Shown piece after piece: positions 1 to 11,536 of a DNA stretch of 64,000 nt. Under the pieces are notes generated by a model, which saw nothing but the letters and a program-made list of their open reading frames with translations, had not been told where the DNA came from and made no database searches. Source of the stretch: a virus (taxonomy: Duplodnaviria; Caudoviricetes). Position numbers and translations under genes: made by a program. The DNA is taken from positions 96,001-160,000 of IMG/VR virus record IMGVR_UViG_3300021387_001157; one strand, 5' to 3'. Within the stretch, counting starts at the first letter, position 1; each line of letters begins with the position of its first letter.

Positions 1-285
1 CTTGATAGTTTTCTTGTTAGCCTCGATGACACATTTTGGTTTACCACCGACAAGGATGATGTCTCCGATGTCAACCTTGTTGGTAGGAATGATGAAGAAC
101 ATCTCATCACCGACGTTGAAACAGAAGTTGGTTACGTTGGTGAGCGTGCCCTTCTTCACATTGTATGTCTTGTACTCACCATTACCACACTTGACGGCGA
201 TACCACCGTTCATTGTTAAACGACATTTGCCCGGTTCAATCTTACCGAACATACCATTGAAATTTTTTTGAATGTTTTCGAACAT
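1..285 (-). CDS. Hypothetical protein, 3' end outside the window
   Basis: Read manually: MFENIQKNFNGMFGKIEPGKCRLTMNGGIAVK... stays open to the window edge; absent from the ORF track. Confidence 0.7.
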   Translation of the reverse strand, partial: MFENIQKNFNGMFGKIEPGKCRLTMNGGIAVKCGNGEYKTYNVKKGTLTNVTNFCFNVGDEMFFIIPTNKVDIGDIILVGGKPKCVIEANKKTIK

Positions 286-303
286 AACTTTAAATTTAAT
301 TGT

Positions 304-749
304 TTATAAAATTTCCTCGATTGTAACATTTTCATCAATCCAAAGTGAAGCCTCCTCTGCTTTCTTTTTTGATGAAAATATTGCCTTATGTTTTTGTGAA
401 GAAGCATAATATGTGAAAATGAGTTTTCCAGTATCAATGTTTCTTAACACAAATAGTTTATCATATTCTGTTTTCATTTGAAGTTTGGTGGTTTTGGGAG
501 TTTTCTCCAATGAGTTACTTCACACTGGTTGTTGATATAGATTTCATCACATCTGTCGTCATTATCGAGAATCCATCTCTCTAATTTCCATGAATATTCT
601 GAAATTGATGGAAGTCCTACAAACCCATCATATTTCTCTCTATGTGCAATGAGTACCCAATCCCATCTACGTCTGTCTGGTAGGTGTTTCTTACATGGAA
701 TCCAAAACCCCAATAGGGCAAGAAATTCCCAAAATGCATTCTTTATCAT
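304..749 (-). CDS. Two small hypothetical proteins (304-510, 474-749)
   Basis: Co-oriented, overlapping ORFs; the second ends HWRKLPKPP, a DUF551-like tail. Confidence 0.55.
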
Positions 750-759
750 AACTTATTTT

Positions 760-1497
760 TTAGAACAATGCCTCACCATAGTTTTGGTCGACATTAGGTT
801 GTTTTATTCCGAGTATAAAGTCACATATCCAGTTCCTTGCATAATCGTGACTTATCATACTTCTGTCCTCCGAACACAAACCCGCTTGACCACTACTCTT
901 GGATGAAAGAATATTTTTAACAACTTTACTTTGTTGTCGTGTCTCACCATCAAGAGGTTCACAGTTGATGAAAAAGTATGCCGTAGGTTTCTTGAAGAAA
1001 TCACCACGTTTGGTTCTATCCATATCAACAAGTGTGGGTGGCATCACGAAGTTTGCTTTTAAGAATGTCTGCTCACTCCAAGGATTCTCCATTATGAGTC
1101 TCAGACCCCTCATCTGTGCAACAGCAAGCATCTTTACAGCAAGACTGAAGAAGTATTCTCTGTTGTGACTTCTCTCAAGAATCAAGTCTGTCTTTTCCTT
1201 CATTGTTTTCTTCCGGTAATTCACACACGTCCAATACATTAACATCTGTGACAATGCTGAAAAATATATGCAAGGGAAGAAAGCCACTATCAAGTCGTCT
1301 TTGGTTATGTTATCGAATATGGAAGGTTTGTAGTCGTAGGCATTCTCTATCTCCTTAAACAAGTCATCTTGATGGTCGGTCTCACCGAAGTTGTTCTGAA
1401 TGTCATAGTCTTCGGCGGGTATTCCGAGTTTAATGAACTCGTTTTTAAATGTACCGGATTGTTCAAAGAAACAATGAACCTTTCCCTTAATCTCCAT
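760..1497 (-). CDS. Putative DNA cytosine methyltransferase-like protein
   Basis: N-terminal CFFEQSG, FFPC and IMENP motifs resemble C5-MTase motifs I, IV and VI. Confidence 0.55.
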   Translation of the reverse strand: MEIKGKVHCFFEQSGTFKNEFIKLGIPAEDYDIQNNFGETDHQDDLFKEIENAYDYKPSIFDNITKDDLIVAFFPCIYFSALSQMLMYWTCVNYRKKTMKEKTDLILERSHNREYFFSLAVKMLAVAQMRGLRLIMENPWSEQTFLKANFVMPPTLVDMDRTKRGDFFKKPTAYFFINCEPLDGETRQQSKVVKNILSSKSSGQAGLCSEDRSMISHDYARNWICDFILGIKQPNVDQNYGEALF

Positions 1498-2495
1498 CAG
1501 AACTTACGTTTGATTATATCTACAGCTAGATGGTTGAGTTCTTTATTGACGACCTTTTTCTCATTGGATGAAAGGTCGTTATACTCTGGATGGTCTTTTG
1601 TAAATTCCTCAAGAGTATCTGCTGAGAACTCTTTAATAAGAAGACCCATCTGCTTTGGCATCTCAAGCTCACCGAGGTGTGACACGACATTGTTGATTCG
1701 TGCCTCAGTCACATACTGACCAATCACCGATACGAGTTCGTTGCAAGTGTTTGAGTATACTACCTGAACCTTTTCTTTTTTGTCACTCTTCTCAAACTCG
1801 TTGAACTTCGGGTTCTTGTTCTTGATGATGATTCTCTCACCGTTGGCGAATCTGATGTCCTCGATAGGTTTGATTACAACACCCTCTGCATAGTTATTCT
1901 CAAGTCTTGGATAACCGAGACGCTCACCTATGGTACTGATGAAGATTGGGTCGTAGGCGAGACACTCATCAAGTGTACCACGGAAGAGTTCCTTATTATA
2001 GAAGAAACCGAACTCTTCGAAAAGACGATTACACTCATCAACACCTAGGTAGATATTCTTCTCATTGTTACTCACGAGAATGTCAAATGCATAGAACTCG
2101 TGGTTTGGACAATACTGAATACCTTTCTGAATCTTCGGAACATTACTCTTATAACCGTCATATCCACCACCAAAGAACTCACCAAACACTTGTATCTGCT
2201 TGATGTTATTCTTCTTGAGTTGTTCCATGATACCGATGACACCACCTTTGAGACGACTTTCGGCGAAATCTTGGAAACCGTAGAACTTATCTTCTGGAGT
2301 AAGAACTGAACCACGTTTACCTGTTATAATTTGTCCAGAACCATCTGTGATTACTGATGTGTTGCACCCATCAACTTTCTCCGACACGGAGAAAAGCATA
2401 TTTGGACAACCAAGGAAGTTGAGACTCTCACGTACTTTCTCAATGTATGCTTCCCTGTAACTATTCTCAATTGAGGTATATTTCTTGAATTCCAT
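1497..2495 (-). CDS. RNA ligase, Rnl2 family
   Basis: Nucleotidyltransferase motifs EKVDGCN, FGEFFGG, FYAFDI, EGVVIKP, IKNKN; C-terminal YVTEARINNVVS. Confidence 0.9.
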   Translation of the reverse strand: MEFKKYTSIENSYREAYIEKVRESLNFLGCPNMLFSVSEKVDGCNTSVITDGSGQIITGKRGSVLTPEDKFYGFQDFAESRLKGGVIGIMEQLKKNNIKQIQVFGEFFGGGYDGYKSNVPKIQKGIQYCPNHEFYAFDILVSNNEKNIYLGVDECNRLFEEFGFFYNKELFRGTLDECLAYDPIFISTIGERLGYPRLENNYAEGVVIKPIEDIRFANGERIIIKNKNPKFNEFEKSDKKEKVQVVYSNTCNELVSVIGQYVTEARINNVVSHLGELEMPKQMGLLIKEFSADTLEEFTKDHPEYNDLSSNEKKVVNKELNHLAVDIIKRKF

Positions 2496-2517
2496 AACTA
2501 AACTATATTTTTTAATG

Positions 2518-3552
2518 TTAAACTTTCGTTTCTTTTTTCTTCACTATTAAAGATAACAAAATTGAACCAAAAAGTATTCCTAAAATTACAAAAAGTGAAG
2601 ATAATGTTGAAATTTCTATTCCAAATATCTCGTGATTTATCATTTTTATTCCGACAAACACGAGCAGACACCCAAGACCATACTTCAACATCCAGAATTT
2701 GTCATTGACACCGCTAAACAAGAAGAACAACGACCGGAGACCCATGATTGCAAAAATGTTGGAGAAATATATGACAAACGTATCTCTCGTTACAGAAAAT
2801 GCTGCCGGTATCGAATCTACTGCAAATACAATGTCTGAGAACTCAATGACAAGTAGGACGAGTAGTAACGGAGTTATATGTAATATTCCATCGATTTCTG
2901 TAATAAACTTGTGTCCGTCAAGTTTTTTAGACACACAGAAGTATTTGTTGGCAAACTTGACAATTGGATGGTCTTCTGTTTTCACATCACCATCGTCTTT
3001 ACTATAAAACATTTTCACACCACTGAAGATGAGTATCACACCAAAGATGGCAAGTATTATAGAGAATTTAGAAACAATTGTACCGAGCAAAAAGATAAAT
3101 ATGAATCTCATCACGATGGCGACCAAGATACCCCAAAACAAGACTCTGTGGTAGTATATCTTGTCTATTCCAAAATTGATGAACACCATCAACATCACAA
3201 ATATATTGTCAATCGACAGTGATTTCTCCAACCAATAACCTGCCATATACTGCTCGAAGATTTCCTTTCTGTATATCTTCAGTGCTTCCGAATACTCCAT
3301 ACCTGGTTGAATAAGTTTTTCAAGTCCTACATCCTTTGCATAATTCAAAAGACTCTCCATGTCAGTTATTCCATGAATCCACTCTGCATGGAACAACAAG
3401 ACAAGACTGAATAGCATTGCCATTCCAATCCAAATTCCTGTCCAAATGGCAGCTTCCTTGATTCCAATCACATGGTCTTTTTTGTGGAAGACTCCGAGGT
3501 CGAGGGCGAGCATTGCCGTTATAAATACCAAAAATATGATAAAAAATGTCAT
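2518..3552 (-). CDS. terC: TerC/Alx family membrane protein
   Basis: LEKSLSIDNIFV, DIVFAVDSIPA, SNIFAIMGLRSLFF; multiple TM segments. Confidence 0.93.
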   Translation of the reverse strand: MTFFIIFLVFITAMLALDLGVFHKKDHVIGIKEAAIWTGIWIGMAMLFSLVLLFHAEWIHGITDMESLLNYAKDVGLEKLIQPGMEYSEALKIYRKEIFEQYMAGYWLEKSLSIDNIFVMLMVFINFGIDKIYYHRVLFWGILVAIVMRFIFIFLLGTIVSKFSIILAIFGVILIFSGVKMFYSKDDGDVKTEDHPIVKFANKYFCVSKKLDGHKFITEIDGILHITPLLLVLLVIEFSDIVFAVDSIPAAFSVTRDTFVIYFSNIFAIMGLRSLFFLFSGVNDKFWMLKYGLGCLLVFVGIKMINHEIFGIEISTLSSLFVILGILFGSILLSLIVKKKETKV

Positions 3553-4245
3553 GTCATTATTGTTGTTACTGATTCTTCTTTTTTAATTGGAACAAATATT
3601 GCATAATCGTTATCGTCTTCAAAGTGATTGATGGTGTCCAAAAATGAGTTACCCCACTTGAAACGAAGATACTCAAATTCAGTGCCGTTCCATTTTGCAT
3701 GGGTTGTATTCCGTGTGTCACCAAGATACCAAGAGCCAACTTCAAGGTCTTTCTTTGCTATGGCACCACAACGGATTAGGTTGGGTACTATAACATCATT
3801 GTAGAATGCTTTCTCTTCGTCGGTTCTGCAAAGAGGAATGTCTGGTATGTCGTGTTCATTTTCGAAATGTTTCAGACTTTCCCAATACTCTTTTGTAAAT
3901 ATTTCATTCATTTTCTTCGTTTGCTCGTTTCTCTTGTTTCCAAAACTCACAAGTATGGCAATAGCACCGGAACTTATCCTTACCGTTTTGGTTGGATGGA
4001 TGTGTGCATAAAATTCCGTCCGGAATTCGAAAATCACGGTTAGGGTCACGGTTTGCACATACGATACAATGTTTTAATTTCAGATGTTCAACATATAGTT
4101 TGTCACCGTAAATTGACTCTGTAAGTTTATCTATCTTCTTCTCAACTCTATCCATTAACTTTTGAAGACGACTCTTCTTTGAATTGAGTTTACGGAGACG
4201 TGCATTTTTTGCTTTGAATATTTTACCCATTGTATTTCCTTTCAT
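3549..4245 (-). CDS. Two hypothetical proteins (3549-about 3910; 3904-4245)
   Basis: Abutting ORFs; the first probably starts at MNEIFTKE. Confidence 0.55.
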
Positions 4246-4489
4246 TCCACTTATCCATTATTTTCGTTGCTATTTGTTGTACACCAAACATTCTGCCACT
4301 CATCTTCATTTCGACACAACAATGTGGACATTTGATAACAATAGTCCTGCTCGGCGTGTATTCGTTTCCTCTTAGATGCCAAATTGGTGTTGTTCCACAA
4401 AACGGACATGGTTTCAAAAGAGGATTTTCTGAGTCGTAGTTGTGGATTTCAACTTTTGTTTCGGGTTCAAAACCAAGATTGATTTGCAT
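4223..4489 (-). CDS. Lar-like (restriction alleviation) zinc-finger protein
   Basis: LKPCPFCG...CPHC. Confidence 0.65.
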   Translation of the reverse strand: MQINLGFEPETKVEIHNYDSENPLLKPCPFCGTTPIWHLRGNEYTPSRTIVIKCPHCCVEMKMSGRMFGVQQIATKIMDKWNERKYNG

Positions 4490-4490
4490 A

Positions 4491-4955
4491 CTAAGCGAGT
4501 CTTAAACCATTGAGAACTTCTTTTTTAACAGCATTCTCTATTCCACCGACAAACGATATGAAATCTTTTTCAAGAATTTCTTCATCTGTTACACCTTCTC
4601 CTACCCGTTTCAACTTGTATATATCAAACGTAGGATAGTTTTCACGGTCCCACACCTTCTCGTCTGCAAGTAGACAAATTGATGTAGTTAGGTCTCCAAG
4701 GTCTTCCTCTTCGAATGTCTCAAATTTGATTCCATTTTCCGTGAAGATTTTCTTTATGTTGTGCATATCAAAGGTGGTGCCGCCAGACAACATAACTAGT
4801 GTCTTGTCTTTGTTAATCCACTGTTGCAAGTCCTCATCGTCCCAATGTTTTCTGATATACTCACACACACCGTGAGTTGTCTGGACACCCTTGTTCTGAC
4901 CGTCAAGTTGTCTCAAGACAATGCTGTACATCTTGTAACCTTTTTTCTCTTCCAT
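4491..4955 (-). CDS. Peptidyl-tRNA hydrolase, PTH2-like
   Basis: MYSIVLRQL..KGVQTTHG..W..KTLVMLSGG..FEEEDL..TSICL pattern of phage PTH2-like proteins. Confidence 0.65.
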   Translation of the reverse strand: MEEKKGYKMYSIVLRQLDGQNKGVQTTHGVCEYIRKHWDDEDLQQWINKDKTLVMLSGGTTFDMHNIKKIFTENGIKFETFEEEDLGDLTTSICLLADEKVWDRENYPTFDIYKLKRVGEGVTDEEILEKDFISFVGGIENAVKKEVLNGLRLA

Positions 4956-4957
4956 TT

Positions 4958-5521
4958 TTATTTAGTTAATTCTTCGATTTCTTTTGATATTTGTTTTTGT
5001 ACTTCCTCAACACTAGGATATATGATGTTTGGTGCAACAACATTTGGTGCAATCTGTTCTGGTGTGATGTCTTCCATTTTATCACCCTTTTCGTTATTAC
5101 AGATAACACACATGGTCTGATAGTTTTCAAGCTTGTTCTCACCACCTTTGGAACGTGGTATAATATGGTCCTTTGTCATAAGGACATACTGACCATCCGG
5201 TTTCTGACCGATAAGTTCAAGATGATAGTGTGGGTCTGGGGTACCTTTTTTACTTTTGTTTTTTACCATTATGAAGAATTTTCCTTCTGCACCACACACC
5301 ACACATTTCATTCCCTTTGTGAAGAATAGTTGCAGTCTCTGTGAGTTTGCTTTCACTTCCTCACCATCAATCTCAACACGTTTTATGTTTCTTTTACACT
5401 TAATGTAATCTGAGAACAAATCATTTTTGACTGCTTCATGCACTTCCTCAATCGAGTATATCCTGTCACGAACTATGACACTATCTGGGATTCCGAAAAC
5501 TTCAATTCCGTTGATATTCAT
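4958..5521 (-). CDS. HNH endonuclease
   Basis: CVVCG...TKDHIIPRSKGG...NYQTMCVICNNEKG. Confidence 0.88.
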   Translation of the reverse strand: MNINGIEVFGIPDSVIVRDRIYSIEEVHEAVKNDLFSDYIKCKRNIKRVEIDGEEVKANSQRLQLFFTKGMKCVVCGAEGKFFIMVKNKSKKGTPDPHYHLELIGQKPDGQYVLMTKDHIIPRSKGGENKLENYQTMCVICNNEKGDKMEDITPEQIAPNVVAPNIIYPSVEEVQKQISKEIEELTK

Positions 5522-6673
5522 ATTTTACACTCTTTCAATATGTTTAACGTTATAATATCGTTGTTCTGCTGAGACATATAGTTCAGTTTTTCCAAATCAA
5601 ATTCCTCCTTTTGGAATTTGAACTGAATCCAGTTTGGTTCGTCCTCACGGTAATCGAGCCAACTCTTTGGTTCGTCGGTTTCCAGAACAAGCTTCACCAT
5701 TCTGAGAAGTCTTTCACCAGCAAGTTTCGACTTAACGAATCCAGAGAGGTCGTATCCAATTCCAAGAGATGTCCAATACTCACCTTCTTCTGGTCTTTCA
5801 TCTGGGGCGACGTAATGGATACGCTGATTATAATTTCCAGTAAACTCGGTATTTAGTCTGAATGTCATACCTATTCTTGAACCAAAGGAAGTAGATGTAC
5901 TTTCTATGCAGAATAGTTCATTATTGGATTCTATGAATGCTGGAAGACTATATATGTCTATATTGTTTCTGTTGGCTGTTTGTACGGCATTTTCAACACA
6001 TTCAAATAATTCACCTAGTGATAAGGTTCTGATGCCCTTATTCTTTTCGTCATAACTTTTATATTGAGAGCACTCGTAGTTGTTATAATTTTTACCCAAA
6101 TACATAATGTTTTTTTTAAAGATACTATTTTTTTTCTACACAATCCATAATGTAGTCCATAGAATATACGGTAAACATTTTTTTTGCCTTTTCGGCATCT
6201 TCTTTCGTGTGGAAAAGAAAAATTGATTTGCAGTAGTTTGTTATTTTTTTCCAAGCGAAATAATCGATTTCGTGTACTGCAATACCTTTGTCTGTGGTTT
6301 CACTGAACGAGAGAATCCACTTTGATGGTGCCGCTACAAGATTTATCTCACCCTCTTCAATAGTTCTACTTTCATTTTCATTGTACAACTCATAAGTGAC
6401 ATAAAGCAAGTCTTTTATCACCTTATAGTTTATCTTTTTGACTATGTAGACTTTTTGCTCTTTTTGGTTAATGATTCGTACCTTGTCACCAACGAGGAAT
6501 TTGTTGCTTCCTTCGAAAATATATTCAAAGTAATCTTCATTGTTAAAGTCGATATATGGATATGATTTCTTTACATCTTTCGTATTGAAGATTTTACCTG
6601 CAATGAACGGAGTTCCTTCGATTGATTTTTTTACTCTTATTGCTGGAATAAAACTTTTTCCTTTATTTTTCAT
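5518..6673 (-). CDS. Two hypothetical proteins (5518-6105, 6125-6673)
   Basis: Long co-oriented ORFs. Confidence 0.65.
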
Positions 6674-7245
6674 TTTAGTAAATATTTAATTCCAATTGTT
6701 AGAAATAAACCGCTTTCGTCACGGATATAGTTGTCCGATGATGAATATAAAGTTAAATTTTGAACGAACCCTAACTCACTTGATACCCACAAGTTATTTG
6801 ATATTGGGAGGTTATACCCGAGTCCCAAGACGAATGAACAGAATATCAAGAAGTGACTTGCTGTGGTATAATTCACATCTATTCTAGTTGCATCACAACG
6901 TGGTCTGATTTCGAAAAAAATATATGGTTTCCCTTCACGTGTCGATACAAGAAGTCCGGCACCGATATTAAGAAGTACACTCGGAAGACCGGATGTGTTG
7001 AAGTTATATCCGATGTCTCCTCTCAGACGGACTGCTGTTGCTTCAGTGAAGAACGAAGAAAATTCACCTCCGGTGGAAAGTACTATAGATTTATGACCGA
7101 ACACATAAGGTATGCTAGACGAACTAACAAAGTTTGATGTTATACCTATATTTCCAGATACACACAAATATGAATCTGCATCACATTGTGCATATGTAGA
7201 TGTTGCAAATATCGCTGCAAACAGTATGATTATTATATTTTTCAT
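6670..7245 (-). CDS. Secreted protein, outer-membrane beta-barrel-like
   Basis: Signal peptide, alternating hydrophobic strands, C-terminal LTIGIKY. Confidence 0.55.
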   Translation of the reverse strand: MKNIIIILFAAIFATSTYAQCDADSYLCVSGNIGITSNFVSSSSIPYVFGHKSIVLSTGGEFSSFFTEATAVRLRGDIGYNFNTSGLPSVLLNIGAGLLVSTREGKPYIFFEIRPRCDATRIDVNYTTASHFLIFCSFVLGLGYNLPISNNLWVSSELGFVQNLTLYSSSDNYIRDESGLFLTIGIKYLLK

Positions 7246-7472
7246 TTCCTAAATATTATTTCATTGCAACTGCTTCAACCTGCATCTTTTCGATGATTTC
7301 ATCAACGATGACTATTGTCTGCATCTGGAGATTGACAATAAAAATCATAGTTGGGCTCGTCAAAACTGTCGAAACAACAACTCCTATCTTCTTCATTGTG
7401 ACACAAAGGGCAGTCGTTGCAATGTTCAACATTTATGGTTTGTGTTATTGTAATTCCCATAGTCTTATTCTT

Positions 7473-8351
7473 TTAAATTGTTTCTAAAATATTTTTTACA
7501 TAGTCAAGATGTTCTTGAGTCATCTGCTTACCAGCATAATTGACAAGGAGGAATGTCTTGAGGACATCATCGTCAGTCGTTCTGCAATTCATAGTCGCTA
7601 ATGTGAAGCATATAACGAAGCGAAAATCATGTCTAGCAATTAATGACATATCTGAGAAGTACTTACCATTAAGGTCGGGATACTTGTCGTTTACAAACTC
7701 AATAAGAGCATTCAGACGCTGCTTTCCATCCACGATATCGTAGAAAGCAATTTCTTCATCATCGTTTTTCAAAGTTTTCTCAACTTCGTCGTAGGAATGT
7801 TCCCTTAATACAATCTTACCACAGTCGACACCACGATAGATTGACTCAATGAGTTGTTTTTTCTCATCAAGAGACCAACAGAAGTCACGTTGGTAATATT
7901 GCTTTTCACCATCTTTGTTGATAACGTATGGATTCCAATTCAGAAACTTGACTGGCAAGATTCTTCCAGTTTTGGATTTTACTGTCCATTTATTCTCGGG
8001 TCTTTGACCATATTCTCCAATCGTGCTGAGTAAAGAACTGATACAACAAGGTATAAAATTGATTTTGGGAATTTGGATTGTTTTTTCAAATGGATTATAT
8101 CCAACATACAAAGGGTCTTTCTCCAAGTTAGATATATTTAACTCAAAGGTTTCCTCTTTACATATTATAGAACTATCATTGATTTTTACAATACATTTTC
8201 CATTTGAAAAAATTTCTTCGACAATGGCATGTGTTGTCTTATTCTTTTCTTCCCATGGTCTAATCAATTCAAGTGGAAACTTAACGTAGTCGCCAACTTG
8301 TATTGGGGTATCCATATATTCCCTAGCCTCTTTTGATAATTTGTCTGTCAT
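7473..8351 (-). CDS. DUF262 (ParB/GmrS-like) domain protein
   Basis: YQRDFCW, IVDGKQRL and F..VN motifs. Confidence 0.8.
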   Translation of the reverse strand: MTDKLSKEAREYMDTPIQVGDYVKFPLELIRPWEEKNKTTHAIVEEIFSNGKCIVKINDSSIICKEETFELNISNLEKDPLYVGYNPFEKTIQIPKINFIPCCISSLLSTIGEYGQRPENKWTVKSKTGRILPVKFLNWNPYVINKDGEKQYYQRDFCWSLDEKKQLIESIYRGVDCGKIVLREHSYDEVEKTLKNDDEEIAFYDIVDGKQRLNALIEFVNDKYPDLNGKYFSDMSLIARHDFRFVICFTLATMNCRTTDDDVLKTFLLVNYAGKQMTQEHLDYVKNILETI

Positions 8352-8399
8352 AATTTTTTTTTCCTTTTTTTTAAAGATACTATTTTTAATTGAGAAAAT

Positions 8400-8431
8400 A
8401 AAAAAGGAGGATTTTTTAAATCCTCCTTTTA
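8400..8431. terminator. Intrinsic terminator (bidirectional form)
   Basis: aaaaaggagg-att...aat-cctccttttt. Confidence 0.75.
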
Positions 8432-8800
8432 ATACGTTTCATCGTTGTCGGTTTCTGTTTCTTCTACTTTTGGTGGCAACTTTATAACGCCCAAAGACCT
8501 TATGAAGTCATACGACCACAGACCGTTGGCAGAAATTGTGCATAAAATGAATTTGATTACAAAATCAAACCAGCTTTTGAAAGAATTAACTTGGAAATCT
8601 GCAAACATTCCTGTTTCGTAGAAGTGCCCCATTAAAAGTGCAAGACCACAACATAATATTGATACGACTAGACTAAGAATTTGTTTCGGTAATTTCTTGT
8701 CTGGAAATTTTTCGTCAAGTTTCAATTTGTTTTTCAACAACTGTGTTAGTGCAATCACCAATGCAGTGACACCGGCAAAACTGAAATCAAGTTCAATCAT
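8429..8800 (-). CDS. Small 3-TM membrane protein, holin-like
   Basis: Three hydrophobic segments, SANGLW, acidic tail. Confidence 0.5.
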   Translation of the reverse strand: MIELDFSFAGVTALVIALTQLLKNKLKLDEKFPDKKLPKQILSLVVSILCCGLALLMGHFYETGMFADFQVNSFKSWFDFVIKFILCTISANGLWSYDFIRSLGVIKLPPKVEETETDNDETY

Positions 8801-8821
8801 TGTTTTTTATTTATTGTGTAT

Positions 8822-10423
8822 CTAGAAAAAATTAGACAATCTGCTAAAAATTTTCTTTACCCACAATGGATATAACTCACCGTGTTTATCAATATGTTTC
8901 TTAACACAATCTTCAATTATATTACTTAATATAAATAGTATAGTCCAAAGACATGCAAGGAAAACATATAGTATGATAAACGGTAGTGATACAACTATTA
9001 GCAATATCGTCAAAATTCTAAAGAGTATTACCTTTATCTTATTCATATTTATGGACGTATATATTTTATAATTTTGTCGGTCGTGGATGTCACCACTTCT
9101 ACAATTTCCAATTCAAGATTGATTGGATTCACACGATGTTCTGCATGAAAACATAATGATAAACAGGCAAGTTTTGCACCATTGATATTTTTGAATATTT
9201 TTGCTCTTTTAAAATCACCGAATGAAGAATAATAAAATGTATCAGAACCGTTGTAATAATCCTTTTCTTTAACTCTTCTTATAACATATCTATTTTTAAT
9301 TTCTTCCATAACTTAAAGGTTTTGTTCTTGTTATATTGAAGTAATATTTTTCATCGTTATCACCACACTTTGTAACTATTTTTAAAAAATTATCATCTAT
9401 TTTTTTCATTTCTATATATTTATAATGGAGATAAAGATGATACAAGGCATCACCAATATTTTCGAAAAATAATTGGTCTGTAAGTCCGAAAGAATTTATG
9501 TAAACACTTCCGTCTTCATTCGTCCGTTCTAAATATATTATATCATTCATCTTCGTCGTTTAAGAAATCACAAATTATTTCATCATTTAGTTCCCAATTG
9601 TGTATCTTACCATTTTCGTCTATGTTTATTATGATATAGTCACCATATCCACTATCTTCTATCGACAAGAAGTCTGGGACATAACACCAATGTACTTCTC
9701 TGAGTAGATTTCCACCGAGTCCGAAAAATGAAATATCATTCTCATCACAAGATTTATAATGCACTTGTGCAGTCATGCCAGTTGGCCAGTTTTTAATCAC
9801 TCCGGTCTTTGCATCAATGTCTATTGTCCAAAACACTTCATCTTTATTTACCTTTTCAATGAAAGGCATTCGTGGATTGTTTTCGTCATCATCCTCACCA
9901 TTGATGGTTGTATCTCCAACATATCTTATATTTGAATGTAATCTGATGAATCCGATTTCTGACATGTGTGGGATATATTTATTTTTTTCATCGTCTTTTC
10001 TATTAATATATTCGTCTGGTGTTTCGAAATATTTTGGAGACACACACCATCCTGAGTCTTTTAGGACTTTTATTTCTTTATTGTTCGATAAAAAGGTGTC
10101 AAGGTCATCTTTTGTCGTACATTCGGCAATAATTGTTATAATTTTTTCATTCATGTTTTACTGTTTATTTATTCTTCATTAAATTTTTCTGAAAATCCAA
10201 CTTTTTCGGCATCGATAGTTTCGATTGAAATAATTGGATAATAACCATTTAATTTTTCCCAATATACTTTTTCAGCTTCTGAGAAATTTGGTGCAAGTAC
10301 AATATATGTATCACAATCACAATAATTACTACCCTTTGTTGTAATTCTAAACGCTCTGTTAAAATTTTTATATGTTTTTTCCATTATTATAAATTTTTTA
10401 TATCTATATACTAAATATAACAA
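8822..10423 (-). CDS. Five small hypothetical proteins (8822-9046, 9049-9309, 9296-9550, 9543-10154, 10169-10423)
   Basis: Tightly packed minus-strand ORFs. Confidence 0.6.
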
Positions 10424-10427
10424 AAAA
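10411..10427 (-). promoter_or_regulatory. Recurrent motif TTTTGTTATATTTA (putative promoter, class A)
   Basis: Also near 14026, 25524, 30230, 48541, 49443, 58779 and 62975, mostly upstream of minus-strand genes and often just after a terminator hairpin. Confidence 0.65.
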
Positions 10428-10513
10428 GTTGGTGAAATTTTAATCTCACCAACTTTTTATTTTTCTTTAATATTCAAGATTCAATATTAGAAAGACTATT
10501 TTTTTTCAAAATA

Positions 10514-11536
10514 TCAAATGAGTTTTTTACATTTCTGTGTATATTCCTCATCCATAGAGATAAAATTATATCTGTCAGACTTGAAAACCTCATCTCTCAA
10601 CACAATAGGGGAATGTGATATGATTATTATCTGTTTTCCATATTTGTCAAGCAATTTCGGAAGAATGTTGGTATACAGTTCGTTGATGTTGAGAATATCC
10701 ATTGACTTATCAATCTCATCAAACAGATATGTATTCTGACCGTTTGGGTCAAAAGCCATAGGAAAAGATTTGAAGTACTCTTCTTGTGCAAGAAAGCAAT
10801 TTTTCCAACATTCATTCGAGTGTAGATATTTTCGATTAGGTTCCAAAATCTCCTTGTATGTTATGGTCTTTGACATAAATTTCATCAACTTTGAAAACTG
10901 ATAAAACATTTTCTGACCGGATGAATTTCTGTTCCTATCAATAATGTACATCATCTCTTCACCAATATTATCTATGATTGAACCAGTTAGGTCTCCGATA
11001 TATCCATAATTTTGTCGATTTTCGAAATTGTGGTAATAAATTGGACTGCCATCCCAATCGACTTTGGATGACGTGTCACTCATTCTTAGTATTATTCCCG
11101 CTATATTTTTTTTATATGATTCTAAAGAATTATCTTCATCAAACCCAACTCTAAAATTGGTTGGTTTTTGAAACGAAGAAAACCCATCCGTGCATAAGGC
11201 GTGTGAGGCAATAGACTTTAATATGGTAGATTTACCGGAAGCGTTTGGTCCGAAGATTAGGTTTATTTTGTCAGAAGAAAATTCGAATTTACGACCAATG
11301 AGAAGTTCTGAACACTTGACCTTGTATTGGTCTTTGTGTTTTTTATAGAACTTCATATCTTCTTTATATATTTCCATAGATTTTGAAAATTTTTCTTCAT
11401 CAAGAATCCGCTGGTTTTTTTCGTCATATTTAATGTACCGATAATCATTCTTATTCGGTTTTTCTGGTTTATCGGCGGTTGTATATTTTTCACCTATATA
11501 ACCCTTTTCTCCGTCAAATAATATACTCTTAATCAT
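10514..11536 (-). CDS. ABC/AAA-type ATPase
   Basis: Walker A GPNASGKS, signature-like SSGQ, Walker B LFDEID, ISHSP. Confidence 0.85.
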   Translation of the reverse strand: MIKSILFDGEKGYIGEKYTTADKPEKPNKNDYRYIKYDEKNQRILDEEKFSKSMEIYKEDMKFYKKHKDQYKVKCSELLIGRKFEFSSDKINLIFGPNASGKSTILKSIASHALCTDGFSSFQKPTNFRVGFDEDNSLESYKKNIAGIILRMSDTSSKVDWDGSPIYYHNFENRQNYGYIGDLTGSIIDNIGEEMMYIIDRNRNSSGQKMFYQFSKLMKFMSKTITYKEILEPNRKYLHSNECWKNCFLAQEEYFKSFPMAFDPNGQNTYLFDEIDKSMDILNINELYTNILPKLLDKYGKQIIIISHSPIVLRDEVFKSDRYNFISMDEEYTQKCKKLI